Part shown: positions 9,417 to 18,645 of the stretch, piece after piece
Layout of the letters: every line of letters starts with the position of its first letter
Numbering within the stretch: the first letter of the stretch is position 1
IMG/VR virus record: IMGVR_UViG_2895427314_000002
Span: 27,646-91,645 of that record
Strand: one strand, 5' to 3'
DNA length: 64,000 bases
From: a virus
Taxonomy: Duplodnaviria > Caudoviricetes
Notes under the pieces: model-generated
What the model was told of the DNA's origin: nothing
Databases searched by the model: none
What the model saw: the letters and a program-made list of their open reading frames with translations, nothing else
Position numbers and translations under genes: made by a program

Positions 9417-10050
9417 GCACACGCCACCGCCCGCCGACCGGCTCGCCGAAATCCGAGACCTCCACGTGGGCTCCTGCACCGCCGACGCCCCGCACAACCC
9501 CGACGTGTGGGCACTGGAGAGCGCTCGTAAGGACCTGCTCGCCGAGGTGGACCGCCTCAACAAGGCAGTGGAGATCCTGGGCACGGCGTTGCAGATCGAC
9601 TCCCTGACCGTCATCGACGAACTCAAGCGACACGCCGGGGACGCCTGCCTCCCGATCGAGGACGTGGAGCGCTTCCTCAAGCGGGAGCGCGACGAGTACG
9701 AGGCGCGCGGGCAGGACTGGAACACCGTGGACAACGTGCTGGACTGCTTCCGCCTTCACATGGTCACCGGCACGCCGCTGACCGAACCGAGACCGGAGGA
9801 AGGCCCCAGCGACCCGAGCGTTGGCCGCCCGGGACTGACCGAGGCCGAGGAACTCCACGCCGAACTGGCCCGCGTCAAGGCGGAGCACGAGCGCGAGATG
9901 CTCAAGGTCATCGACGAGCGTGACCAGATGCACGACCTGCTCGACACGTTCGCCTACCGTGTCGCCCCCGTGGAGAAGATCGGGGAGCACTCCAGCGGCA
10001 ACGACCCGTGGCAGAACGCCCTCGAGCTGCTCACGCCACACCAGCCATGA
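9409..10050 (+). CDS. coiled-coil hypothetical protein
   Basis: Coupled ORF, heptad-rich. Confidence 0.7.
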   Translation: MHEHTPPPADRLAEIRDLHVGSCTADAPHNPDVWALESARKDLLAEVDRLNKAVEILGTALQIDSLTVIDELKRHAGDACLPIEDVERFLKRERDEYEARGQDWNTVDNVLDCFRLHMVTGTPLTEPRPEEGPSDPSVGRPGLTEAEELHAELARVKAEHEREMLKVIDERDQMHDLLDTFAYRVAPVEKIGEHSSGNDPWQNALELLTPHQP

Positions 10051-10080
10051 CCCCCACCATCACGAGAGATCGGAAACACG

Positions 10081-10554
10081 ATGACCGACCTCACCACTGC
10101 CATCGCCGCGCAGTACGTGCGCGGCCTGGAGCAGAACTTCGAGGACGCCGGAGACTGGGGTGTCCAGCCCACCCTCATACTGATCTGCACGTACACCAAC
10201 CAGCACACGGTCGGCCCTGATCTGCTCGTCCCCGTTCCCGTCGTCCCCTCCGCGTGGATCAACGATGGGGAACTGCCCGCCGACGCCCTCGACCGCATCG
10301 ACCCGGCGGCGCTCTGTACCGCTGGGCAACCGGTGCTGACTCCGGTCGCCGTCGCGCTCGCTCATGAGGTGGTCGTCCTGTCGGGCAAGGACGCGCGGCT
10401 GCTGTACTGCGGCCTCGCGGACGGCACTCTCGTCGGCGCCGGCCGGGTGCGCGGCGACGCGCCGAACGTGAAGGTGTATCCGCCGGACCACGAGCATGAT
10501 GTCACCCCGGCCGCGGTCCGCCGCCTGGCCATGGTGGTCCTCGGAGGCTCGTGA
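10081..10554 (+). CDS. hypothetical protein
   Basis: 157-aa ORF with typical codon bias. Confidence 0.7.
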   Translation: MTDLTTAIAAQYVRGLEQNFEDAGDWGVQPTLILICTYTNQHTVGPDLLVPVPVVPSAWINDGELPADALDRIDPAALCTAGQPVLTPVAVALAHEVVVLSGKDARLLYCGLADGTLVGAGRVRGDAPNVKVYPPDHEHDVTPAAVRRLAMVVLGGS

Positions 10555-10559
10555 CGCTT

Positions 10560-10577
10560 GTTGGCGGTACCGCTTAC
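10560..10577. promoter_or_regulatory. 18-bp palindrome copy GTTGGCGGTACCGCTTAC
   Basis: Two mismatches; intergenic, upstream of the initiator-like gene. Confidence 0.6.
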
Positions 10578-10641
10578 GGTGGGGGCTCACCCATTCCCTC
10601 AATGGGGCGAGCCCCCATCGCCGTGTCTGAGGGAGGATCGG

Positions 10642-11046
10642 GTGAGCGCACGCCTGTTCGGGCTGGTCGCCGCGTGGCTGGAAACTGCGGCTGCGGACGG
10701 CATGACCCAGTCCGAGCGGCTCGTGCTGCTGCTCATCGCGGAGCGGGCCCGGGACACCGATCGGCGCATGGTGTCGTTCCGGGCGGACCGGCGTGACGAC
10801 GGCACGAAGATCACGCTGACGGAGCTGCTGCAGGCGCGGGCCGGGCTGACGCCGCGCGGGCTGGCCGACACGGTGCAGCGCCTGGCACGGCGTGGCCTGG
10901 AAGTGCGGGTGCCGGTCGGCAAGGACCGCAACGGCGTGATCATGTACGCGCGTCGCGGCCACGCGACGGACTACCGGCTGCCGGATCTGCCTGCCTCGGT
11001 GAGCCTTCCTGAGCCACCGGCACGGCGCGGCTCACGCGCCTCCTGA
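10642..11046 (+). CDS. HTH replication-initiator-like protein (short or truncated)
   Basis: ERLVLLLIAERA...LARRGL..G.ATDYRLP winged-HTH pattern; GGAGG RBS; iterons directly downstream. Confidence 0.65.
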   Translation: MSARLFGLVAAWLETAAADGMTQSERLVLLLIAERARDTDRRMVSFRADRRDDGTKITLTELLQARAGLTPRGLADTVQRLARRGLEVRVPVGKDRNGVIMYARRGHATDYRLPDLPASVSLPEPPARRGSRAS

Positions 11047-11048
11047 CC

Positions 11049-11267
11049 TGTGGATAACCACCACCGAAACGATCACCAGCGGCGCGTTAGGTCACGTCTG
11101 GACGTGACCCGCACGGGTCACGTCCCAGCGTGACCCGCAGGTCACGTCCCAGCGTGACCCATGTCCCTACATATGTCCCTACAAAACCTCTATCCCTATG
11201 GCTCTGGCTGAGGTCCACACACCTACAGGTGGAAGTGCGAAGATCACCGCCGTGAGCCTGTGGACAA
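11049..11267. other. Putative replication origin: two DnaA boxes flanking three 20-bp iterons
   Basis: TGTGGATAA 11049-11057; TGTGGACAA 11259-11267; GGTCACG-N6-CGTGACC at 11090, 11116, 11140; ATGTCCCTACA twice at 11161-11183. Confidence 0.7.
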
Positions 11268-11752
11268 GCAGAGCCAGTGATCAGCCGCACGAGGACGACC
11301 AGGCAGGCGGGGGCGCTCGTCGTCCTCGTCGCTGACTGCTTGTCCCGTCGCGGACCGCACCGGCGACGCGAGAGACGCGCGAGCAGTGCGCCGCGATTCG
11401 CTCGGAATGGCCATCATGGTGGACGGTGAGCGCCTTACACGCCATGCCTGGCACGGAGAGACCAGGCCACCGCCAGAGCCGCTGAGAAGCGCTCACAGAC
11501 AAGATCCATAAGGAGGCGCAGAGAACACAGCAGCCGCCAGCATGCCGTTGGGGTCGGTGGTGTTCGATTCTCGCGTGTCAGCTTTGGTTGACGTCTAGAG
11601 GTTTTGTCGTGTCCGTAATCGAGACCGGTTTTTGGTCTTTCTGCTGGTCGTGTGGTGGCGGGTCATCGCTGGTTGACGGTCTGGGGCTCCAGCTCCGTAA
11701 CGGTGCGATCTCGGTGTTGTCCGAAAACTAGACCCTCTGTTATGCGCAAAAC

Positions 11753-12565
11753 ATGCTCGGCGGCATGCAGATCACACGTACGGCCAAGGCGCTCGGGAGC
11801 GCGGTAGGAACCGCCGCTCTCGCCGCGTCCATGGTCATCACAGCGGGTCACATGGGGGCGCTCACTGCCTCCCGCGTGGCCGATCCCACCATCATGGCCA
11901 CGTGCCCCGACCAGGATCCCCCGGTCGTGTGCATCGTCGGCCCCCAGGGCCCGCAGGGTCCGGCAGGCGAGCCGGGACCGCAGGGCCCCCAGGGTGAGCA
12001 GGGCCCCGCAGGGCCGACCGGACCCGCAGGCCCGACCGGGCAGCAGGGCCCCACTGGACCCGCAGGAAGCGCGGGCCCGACCGGTCCGCGCGGAGAGCAG
12101 GGCCCCCAGGGACCGCAGGGGCCCGCCGGAGCTACCGGCGCGGCGGGCGCGTCCGGACGTCCCGGCACCACCGGGCCGACCGGTCCCAGCGGAGCGGCGG
12201 GCAGCCCCGGACCTACCGGACCGCGCGGCGGGCAGGGACTTCCCGGACAGCCCGGCATGCCGGGCACCGCGCCGGAGTCATCTTCCGTCACGCGGGAAGA
12301 CGTGCCCCCGTTCGAGGAGGCATCGGAGACGCCCTCCACCATCCCCACGGCGGACATGTCCCCGGACACCTCCGACACGGCCAACGCCGCCAAGGCGGAG
12401 AACTCCGCCGAGTGGGACACCGGACGGTACCTGATCGGCGTGCTCGGGCTCATCCTGCTCACGGTCGCGATCGTGTGCATCGTGATCTACCGTCGCCGTC
12501 AGCGTGCACATGACGAGTGGTCCCGCACTTTCGTTGGCGGTTCCGCCAACGACAACGACGAGTAA
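11753..12565 (+). CDS. collagen-like surface protein (signal peptide, G-X-Y repeats, C-terminal TM anchor)
   Basis: Long uninterrupted GXY run; hydrophobic helix followed by RRRQR. Confidence 0.85.
   Translation: MLGGMQITRTAKALGSAVGTAALAASMVITAGHMGALTASRVADPTIMATCPDQDPPVVCIVGPQGPQGPAGEPGPQGPQGEQGPAGPTGPAGPTGQQGPTGPAGSAGPTGPRGEQGPQGPQGPAGATGAAGASGRPGTTGPTGPSGAAGSPGPTGPRGGQGLPGQPGMPGTAPESSSVTREDVPPFEEASETPSTIPTADMSPDTSDTANAAKAENSAEWDTGRYLIGVLGLILLTVAIVCIVIYRRRQRAHDEWSRTFVGGSANDNDE
12533..12550. promoter_or_regulatory. 18-bp palindrome copy GTTGGCGGTTCCGCCAAC
   Basis: Perfect match. Confidence 0.8.
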
Positions 12566-12624
12566 CCAGCCCTTCCGCCCCGGCTCGCAGGGAGCCGGGG
12601 CACCCAACCCGAAAGGACCCAGTA

Positions 12625-13251
12625 ATGGCCAGCAAGAACACCCCCGCCACCCCCGCGATCAGCCTGCCCGACGCCGTGCGCGCCGCGCTCGTGGAGATCG
12701 ACGGGGCGATCACCGGCCACACCGGTAACAACCTCGTAGAGAACGCCTACCGTCACCAGGGCTTCCGCCTCAGCCTCGCGGAGGTCATGGACTGGTTGGC
12801 CGCCGGACTCCGGATCTACGACGGCCCCAGCCGCACGGAGTTCGCCGCCATGGGCAAGGTCACCAACGAGCAGCGCGCCGCGTGGTACCACATCCCGGAC
12901 CGCGCCGGAGCAGGGGCGCGCGTCGCCGCGACCCTCTCCCGGTACGGACTCGCCGAGGATCACCCCGTCACGCTCGCCCCCGGACAGTCCGAGGTCAAGG
13001 CCGCGCTCGGGTCCGCCGAGCCCCTCGCGAAGCTCGCGGAGATCCACGCGGAAGCGGCCAAGAAGGAAGCCGAGCGGATCAAGGCCGAGCGTGAGCAGCG
13101 GATCAAGGACGCGGTCAAGACCGCTAAGGCCGTCGCTGATTTCGGCGGTGACCCCGCCCTGGTCTGGGCGAAGGCCATCGAGCAGGGAGCGGACGCCGCC
13201 GACCTCCGGCAGGCGTTCACCAACGCCGGATTGACCCCGCCCGCCGCGTAG
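12625..13251 (+). CDS. hypothetical protein
   Basis: GAAAGGA RBS preceded by a hairpin. Confidence 0.8.
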   Translation: MASKNTPATPAISLPDAVRAALVEIDGAITGHTGNNLVENAYRHQGFRLSLAEVMDWLAAGLRIYDGPSRTEFAAMGKVTNEQRAAWYHIPDRAGAGARVAATLSRYGLAEDHPVTLAPGQSEVKAALGSAEPLAKLAEIHAEAAKKEAERIKAEREQRIKDAVKTAKAVADFGGDPALVWAKAIEQGADAADLRQAFTNAGLTPPAA

Positions 13252-13327
13252 CAGCACAGCGCGCCCCCCGCGCCGCCACGCGCGGGGAGCGCACCCCACC
13301 ACCACCGACGATCCGAAAGGGGAGATC

Positions 13328-14026
13328 ATGACCACCCTGCAAGACCTTGCCGTCAGGTCCGCCGCCGCCGTCCGGCTGGGCGCCGCCGACCGCGCCCGGC
13401 ACGCGGAGCTGTGCGCCATGTGCCGCCCGGACCAGGAATGCCCCCGCGCCGCCGAGATGTTCACCGATCATCAGGCGCGCGTGCAGCGCTCCCGCTCCAA
13501 CCTCCTGGCGTACCTGCCGCGTACGTCCATGATCACCTACGCCGGGAAGGTCCGCAACCTGCACGGCGAATGGTGGGTCGCGGACACGTGCGCGGACTGT
13601 GATCACACCGCGTACCGGCTCACCCGCCCGCGCGGCATGGCCATGCGGCACGCGCACCTGTCCGAGATCAGCAGCGCGCCCGTGCTCCACCCCGGAGCCG
13701 GTGAGGCGCTGGCACCCGCCCGCGAGGCCGCCCGCGAGGCTGCCGCGATCCTGGCCATGTGCGGGATCGTGGTCCCCATCATCGTGGACATCAACGGGCT
13801 GGGCGCGTGCACGTTCGCCTACCCGCGCGCCACCTGGGAACACGAGCTGAGCGTCGCGGAGACCGCCGACACCGTCGAAGGGTCCTACGCGGCGGCGACG
13901 CTGCGCACCTTCCCCGACCTGGCCACCGCCACCAGCCGGGGCAACGCCCTCGGGATTCACCGCATGTCGCGCGTGCTGGACAAGCTCCGCGCCGCCGCCC
14001 AGGACACGCGCGGCAAGAGCAACTAG
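13328..14026 (+). CDS. hypothetical protein with CxxC motifs
   Basis: GAAAGGGGAG RBS; CAMC, CADC. Confidence 0.8.
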   Translation: MTTLQDLAVRSAAAVRLGAADRARHAELCAMCRPDQECPRAAEMFTDHQARVQRSRSNLLAYLPRTSMITYAGKVRNLHGEWWVADTCADCDHTAYRLTRPRGMAMRHAHLSEISSAPVLHPGAGEALAPAREAAREAAAILAMCGIVVPIIVDINGLGACTFAYPRATWEHELSVAETADTVEGSYAAATLRTFPDLATATSRGNALGIHRMSRVLDKLRAAAQDTRGKSN

Positions 14027-14040
14027 CTCCCCGCCGACCG

Positions 14041-14068
14041 GCCCCCGCGCGACCCCGCGCGGGGGCTT
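14041..14068 (+). terminator. hairpin terminator candidate
   Basis: GCCCCCGCGCG-accc-CGCGCGGGGGC-tt after the stop codon. Confidence 0.55.
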
Positions 14069-14216
14069 CCCCATGTCCAAGATCACCCCCGGTACCCCCT
14101 CCCCGCCGGTCCGGCCGTGGTGCCTTGCTTGTGTTGATCCGGATTGGTTTTGATCTTGCCGGTTGGTCGTAGGGTGTCCGAGTCTCATCGGGTGCGGCGG
14201 CCGGGAAGGGGTCGGG

Positions 14217-14978
14217 ATGGCGGATGGAGTGTGCGTGGGGCCGTGCAACAGGCATGCTCGCGCGGCGTGGTCTGCGTTCCTGGCGGCGCGGGAGGCGCAC
14301 GCGGATGCGGTGGACCGCTGGGTGGCGGACGGTGCGCGGGGCGAGCCGCCGCCCGAGCCTCCCATGCCGGTCCTGCAGTGGCGGCCGGGGGAGCCGCTGC
14401 ACTGCGGGCTCTGCCGGGAGACGTGCCGTCGTGCGCTGCTGCTGGTGGACGAGCTGGCCGCGAGCCTGGCGGCGCGGCCGGGCGTGGTGAAGGCGCAAAC
14501 CCGCTGGTCGCGGGTGAAGGGAACCAGGCCGCACGGCAGCATGTCGGGGGAGGGCGACGTCGTGCACACGGTGACGGGGGAGCTGCTGCGCCTGCGCCGG
14601 GAGGTGGCCCGCCGTCTGAAGCTGGCCGACCAGGTGCCCGCCGGCCGGTCGGGAGTGGTGCGGTCCCGGTCGGTCACGTGGCTGGTGGACAAGCTGGACG
14701 TGCTGCTCGCCCTCGACGGGCTCACGGTGCTGTCGAGCGTCGAGGACGAGGAGCGCGCCCCGGTGGAGCTCGGCCCGGTGGACTGGGCTCTCGCCTGGGA
14801 ATCCCGGCTGCGGCGCCTGGTGGACGACGAGCCCGGCCAGACACACGCGCGCTGCCCCGGATGCGGCCTACGGGAGCTGGAGTGGCAGCCGCGGGCCGGC
14901 TATTACGTGTGCGGGAACTGCTCCCGCCACGTCGGCGAGGCCGAGGCGATGGAAGCGGTCACGCAGGAGGCAGGGTGA
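14217..14978 (+). CDS. Zn-ribbon protein, possible transcription regulator
   Basis: CVGPC, CGLC, CPGC, CGNC motifs. Confidence 0.7.
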   Translation: MADGVCVGPCNRHARAAWSAFLAAREAHADAVDRWVADGARGEPPPEPPMPVLQWRPGEPLHCGLCRETCRRALLLVDELAASLAARPGVVKAQTRWSRVKGTRPHGSMSGEGDVVHTVTGELLRLRREVARRLKLADQVPAGRSGVVRSRSVTWLVDKLDVLLALDGLTVLSSVEDEERAPVELGPVDWALAWESRLRRLVDDEPGQTHARCPGCGLRELEWQPRAGYYVCGNCSRHVGEAEAMEAVTQEAG

Positions 14979-15050
14979 CTCAGTCCCGTGGTGGGACGGC
15001 ACAAGCTAATGGCCCCGCCGTGGGACGGGGCCCTCAGGCGGCTCATCCGA

Positions 15051-15485
15051 TCACTTGAGGATGATCTTATCGACCTTGTTGTTCCAGTCGGCCAGGTTGC
15101 TCAGATACTTCACATCGCCGAGATCCGGGATGAGCTGACCAGCGGGGACGGGCAGCGTGACATCGGGAACGACTCCGCTCCGGGAATCGACCAGAGTCAC
15201 GCTGGCGTTACGCCTGTTCCAGACGCTGCTGATCCGATCCCGCCAGCCGACGCCGCCCAGTTCCATGGTCCCGGCCGACTTGCGTGAATACCTGTCGCCT
15301 TGGCGGTTGGGATACTCCCAGACGCAGAGCCATCCGGGGGTGCACTCGCTCAAGTCGGCCACGACGACCACCCCGGACGTCTGGGGGGTTGGGCCCGTGA
15401 CTGCTTCGGCGGTGGCCGGTGTGGTCAGCATGGCGGCACCGGCCACGGCGGTAAGCAGGGCGGTTGTGTAGCGCTTGAATCGCAC
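15051..15485 (-). CDS. secreted peptidase-inhibitor I36 / beta-gamma-crystallin-like protein
   Basis: Signal peptide; CTPGWLCVWE..N..G and DRISSVWN motifs; GAGGAG RBS. Confidence 0.8.
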   Translation of the reverse strand: MRFKRYTTALLTAVAGAAMLTTPATAEAVTGPTPQTSGVVVVADLSECTPGWLCVWEYPNRQGDRYSRKSAGTMELGGVGWRDRISSVWNRRNASVTLVDSRSGVVPDVTLPVPAGQLIPDLGDVKYLSNLADWNNKVDKIILK

Positions 15486-15696
15486 GGTACTTCTCCTCTT
15501 GTCGTTTTCGCATTGGCTCATGAGGCCTGCGCCGGAGCTTGTCTCAGCTCCGTGTTGGGCTTTCGGTGAATGAGAGTGATTCGACATCTCCCTGTGTGAT
15601 GGGGAGTGGTGGAATGTGACTCATGCCACTTCCGGCCCGGCGGTTGAGCAGGAGCAACATTGCGATGGACCCGTCGCGTGTGCTCGCAGAGGTGGA

Positions 15697-15975
15697 GTGG
15701 CGGCGGGGGCGTTCCTCGACCAGTACGAGCTGACCGTCCGGCTGAGGGACGAGGCCGCCGCCCGCATCCGTGCCGCTGGCGACCGCCCGGATGGCGGCGA
15801 CCTGACGAGGTGGGAGCAGGCGCACGACGAGGTGGCGGTGATGAAGCCGATCGTGCGGGAGATGGCCGCCCCGTACGTGAGGTTGCCGGGGTTGCCCGTG
15901 GCCGCCGCCGTGGCGCGCCCGGAGACGCTTCAGCGGGAAATCAGTGAGCGTGGCCAGTACGACGAGAGCGCGTAA
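15697..15975 (+). CDS. hypothetical protein
   Basis: ORF with GAGGTGGA RBS. Confidence 0.6.
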   Translation: MAAGAFLDQYELTVRLRDEAAARIRAAGDRPDGGDLTRWEQAHDEVAVMKPIVREMAAPYVRLPGLPVAAAVARPETLQREISERGQYDESA

Positions 15976-16050
15976 CCAACGTCTGACCTGCGTGTTTGTG
16001 AGGTTTCGGTGCGTGCCGCTCACGTGCGCCGCGCTTCGGCTACGCTGACG

Positions 16051-16231
16051 GCAGGCTTACCGCGTGCCTGCCTCCGAGCTGATCTCGCCTACGCCGAGAC
16101 ACAGCACCGACGAGGCGAAGGTCCCCGTGGATCGCGTACCCCGCTCGCCCTCGACGCTGCGTACGCGGCGGCCGGTGCTCGTGTCTTCGAGGTGGGGTGC
16201 GTAGGACCGCCACCTGGAAGGACACCCCCCC
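16051..16231 (+). ncRNA. candidate structured cis-regulatory RNA leader
   Basis: Nested complementary stems (see findings); TACGCT -10-like box at 16040-16045. Confidence 0.55.
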
Positions 16232-16923
16232 ATGACCCGCAACGCCGCCTGGAAGAACCGTGTCCGCGCCTACGCGGCCGAGAACGGCCTTTCGTACCAG
16301 CAGGCCCACGCCGCGCTCACAGCCCAGGCCCCCGCCGGCGCGGGCTTCACTGCCAACTCTGCCGAGTGGACGCAGGTCGGCGCAGGCCGCTACCTCATCG
16401 AGTTCGGCGACCACGGGCTCGGCGGCCACGAGATCGAGCCGTTCCACCTCGACATCACCGCACCGACGACCTGCGCGAGCAGCTCGGCGCGTTCGCGATG
16501 GGCCGGAGCTGGTTCGGGTTCTACATCGAGCTGGACGGTCTGGCCGGGAGGTTTCGGCTGGACGTCGAGCCCGGCAACGCGGACCTGCTCGGGACGTTCA
16601 CGCTCCGGCTCGACCCCGCCGACGAGGACGTGGTCGAGCTGCCCCGCTCGTTCTCTCACGACATGCACGAGCTGATCGACGCCGTGCAGAGCCGCTTCGA
16701 CTGCACCGTGGACGCCTTCACGTTCGTGCGTGGTGCCCGCGGTGGCGACGTCGAGTACGTGGGCCTCATCTACCGGGCAGGGACGGAGATGTTCCACCTG
16801 CTCCACATCGCGGACCACGACGGCGGCTGGCAGTACACGCTGTCCGGCGGGTGGCCGCTCGCCCGCGACGAGGAGGCCGTCGAGGCGTTCCAGGCGAAGA
16901 TCGCCGAGCACATCCACGCCTGA
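16232..16923 (+). pseudogene. frameshifted hypothetical gene (shift near 16460)
   Basis: N-half MTRNAAWKNRVRAY...HLDIT continues in another frame as TDDLREQLGAF...AEHIHA. Confidence 0.65.
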
Positions 16924-16937
16924 CCCCGGACATGAAC

Positions 16938-16971
16938 AGAGGCCCGCCGCGCTGAGCTCGCGACGGGCCTC
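16938..16971. terminator. bidirectional hairpin between convergent genes
   Basis: AGAGGCCCG...CGGGCCTCT. Confidence 0.6.
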
Positions 16972-16983
16972 TGAAGTGCGGGT

Positions 16984-17532
16984 CTACTCGACGGAGTGCA
17001 CGACCTCCGCGACGGGGCCGGCGGGCCGGAGCACGGCCTCGACGGCCTCCGGCGTCACGGAGGTCCCGTACTCGTCCGTCAGGATCTGGCTGATGGCGGC
17101 CGGGGTCCGTGAGGAGTCGTCACCGTAGGCGTCCAGGATCAGCTCGCAGGTGGTGTCGTCCAGGGCGGCGGCGGCCTCGTGGTCGGGCGTGACGGTGGAC
17201 TCGACCGGGTGGTCGTTGTGGCTGTGGTCGTTGTGCCCGGTCATGGTGGTGCTCCTCAGGACCTGCTCAGCGCCAGCCTTGACATCGGAGAGATCGTCGA
17301 GCGCGTGTCCGGCCTGCTCGATGGCGGCGGACAGCAGCACCGAGGTCACCGCCCCGGGCGTCACCTCCTCGTCGTCGGTGTCCAGCGTCTCGGCGATCTG
17401 GTCCGGGGTGAGAGTCGGGTCGGCCGCGGCCGTCTCGACGATGAGCTTGCGGGTCTCGTCGGACAGCGCGGCGGCGGCCTCGGGGTCGGAGTGGCCGATC
17501 GGGTCCGGCGTGTGATCGTTACGTGCGGACAT
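16984..17532 (-). CDS. acidic protein with an internally duplicated ~55-aa domain
   Basis: EAAAAL.D.T..LI...D...TP..I...L......VTP.AV..VL occurs twice; GAAAGG RBS. Confidence 0.75.
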   Translation of the reverse strand: MSARNDHTPDPIGHSDPEAAAALSDETRKLIVETAAADPTLTPDQIAETLDTDDEEVTPGAVTSVLLSAAIEQAGHALDDLSDVKAGAEQVLRSTTMTGHNDHSHNDHPVESTVTPDHEAAAALDDTTCELILDAYGDDSSRTPAAISQILTDEYGTSVTPEAVEAVLRPAGPVAEVVHSVE

Positions 17533-17586
17533 GAGTTCTGCCTTTCGCGAGGAGAGCTTTCGTGTCTCCGCCATCATGAGGGGCTT

Positions 17587-17639
17587 GTTGGCGGTTTCGC
17601 ACACGTTTCGCCAAACAGCGCGTTGGCGGGACCGCCAAC
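17587..17639. promoter_or_regulatory. two 18-bp palindrome copies (degenerate 17587-17604; perfect 17622-17639) between divergent genes
   Basis: GTTGGCGGTTTCGCACAC and GTTGGCGGGACCGCCAAC. Confidence 0.75.
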
Positions 17640-17857
17640 GGTTGTGCTCGCACGACCTTCTGTGTCACACTTCGTGCGGGCGGCACCCCTATGCCTATCG
17701 GCAGAGCCCCCGACCTGCCCGTATACGAGTCGTGATGCTGAGCGCGTCTCTGGCAGGGCGTGTGCCGCCCCCACCTCCTCCTATGCGGCCGGTCGCGTTC
17801 GCGCGTCTACGGCCGCCTCAGCGCGTCGATCATTCCGGGCGAAACCAGCGAAAGTGG

Positions 17858-18100
17858 GTGAACGTGACCCCCGTGACCGCCCGCCAGGCCGCCGAACGAC
17901 TCGAACGGGAGCCGTGCACGATCCGCCAGTGGGCGCACCGCTACAAGGTGCGCGCCCTCGGCCGCGCCGGACGCGAGACCGTGTACGACTACGGGGACCT
18001 GGCCACGATCGAATGGTGCATCTGGGACGGCCAGGAGGTCCCGGCCACGCCGGAGGACCGCGACGAGCTTCGTGCCGCTCGCCGAGAAACCGCCACGTGA
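17858..18100 (+). CDS. MerR/excisionase-type HTH protein
   Basis: TARQAAERLER.PCTIRQWA.RY...YDYGDL. Confidence 0.75.
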   Translation: MNVTPVTARQAAERLEREPCTIRQWAHRYKVRALGRAGRETVYDYGDLATIEWCIWDGQEVPATPEDRDELRAARRETAT

Positions 18101-18102
18101 TC

Positions 18103-18279
18103 TCAGTCTGCGGGAATCTCCTCAAGGTGTACGAGGTAGGTGGTCCCATCCGCCAACTGGACGGTGAACTCCTCCTCGACACCGTTAAGGTGTGCGACGT
18201 CGGAGCAGTGCACCACCCAGTCGATCTGCAGGGCACTCTCGTGGAGCTTCTGGGAGAGGAAGGAGAGATACCAGACCAT
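18103..18279 (-). CDS. small acidic hypothetical protein (58 aa, absent from ORF track)
   Basis: MVWYLSFLSQKLHE...LEEIPAD; GAGAGGA RBS. Confidence 0.6.
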   Translation of the reverse strand: MVWYLSFLSQKLHESALQIDWVVHCSDVAHLNGVEEEFTVQLADGTTYLVHLEEIPAD

Positions 18280-18414
18280 GGCTGATCCTCTCAGAACTCA
18301 CGAGTGTCGCGCCGGGCACGAGTAGGCTTGATCAGCAGGACCGTCGTGCATGGCACCTCGATGTCGTCGCTCATGCTCCGATCCTCCCACCGGCCCGGCC
18401 GCGCTGTCCTTGCC

Positions 18415-18531
18415 TCACCGCAGCAGAGCGACGACGACGGGCACACTCACCGTCAATACGATCACGCATAAGCGCAGCGTCGTGCCCCAGCACTTGATCG
18501 CTTCTCGCAAGATCTGGGTGCTGACCTGCAT
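18415..18531 (-). CDS. 38-aa membrane peptide
   Basis: MQVSTQILREAIKCWGTTLRLCVIVLTVSVPVVVALLR; GAGGAGG RBS. Confidence 0.55.
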   Translation of the reverse strand: MQVSTQILREAIKCWGTTLRLCVIVLTVSVPVVVALLR

Positions 18532-18645
18532 GGCTTCCTCCTCAGCTCGGGGGGTGGATGCCTCCAGCGTGGCAACCGCCGGTAGAGGTGTGATGGGTGC
18601 TCGGTTGTGCGGTCCGGTATAGGTTCCTGAACGAAAGGCCCCCTT

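Noticed and set aside
11090-11159. CRISPR-like palindromic repeats
   Set aside because: Gaps are only 4-6 nt, with no spacers or cas genes; iterons fit better
11545-11580. GTTCGATTC T-loop-like motif suggesting a tRNA
   Set aside because: No T-stem or cloverleaf pairing around it
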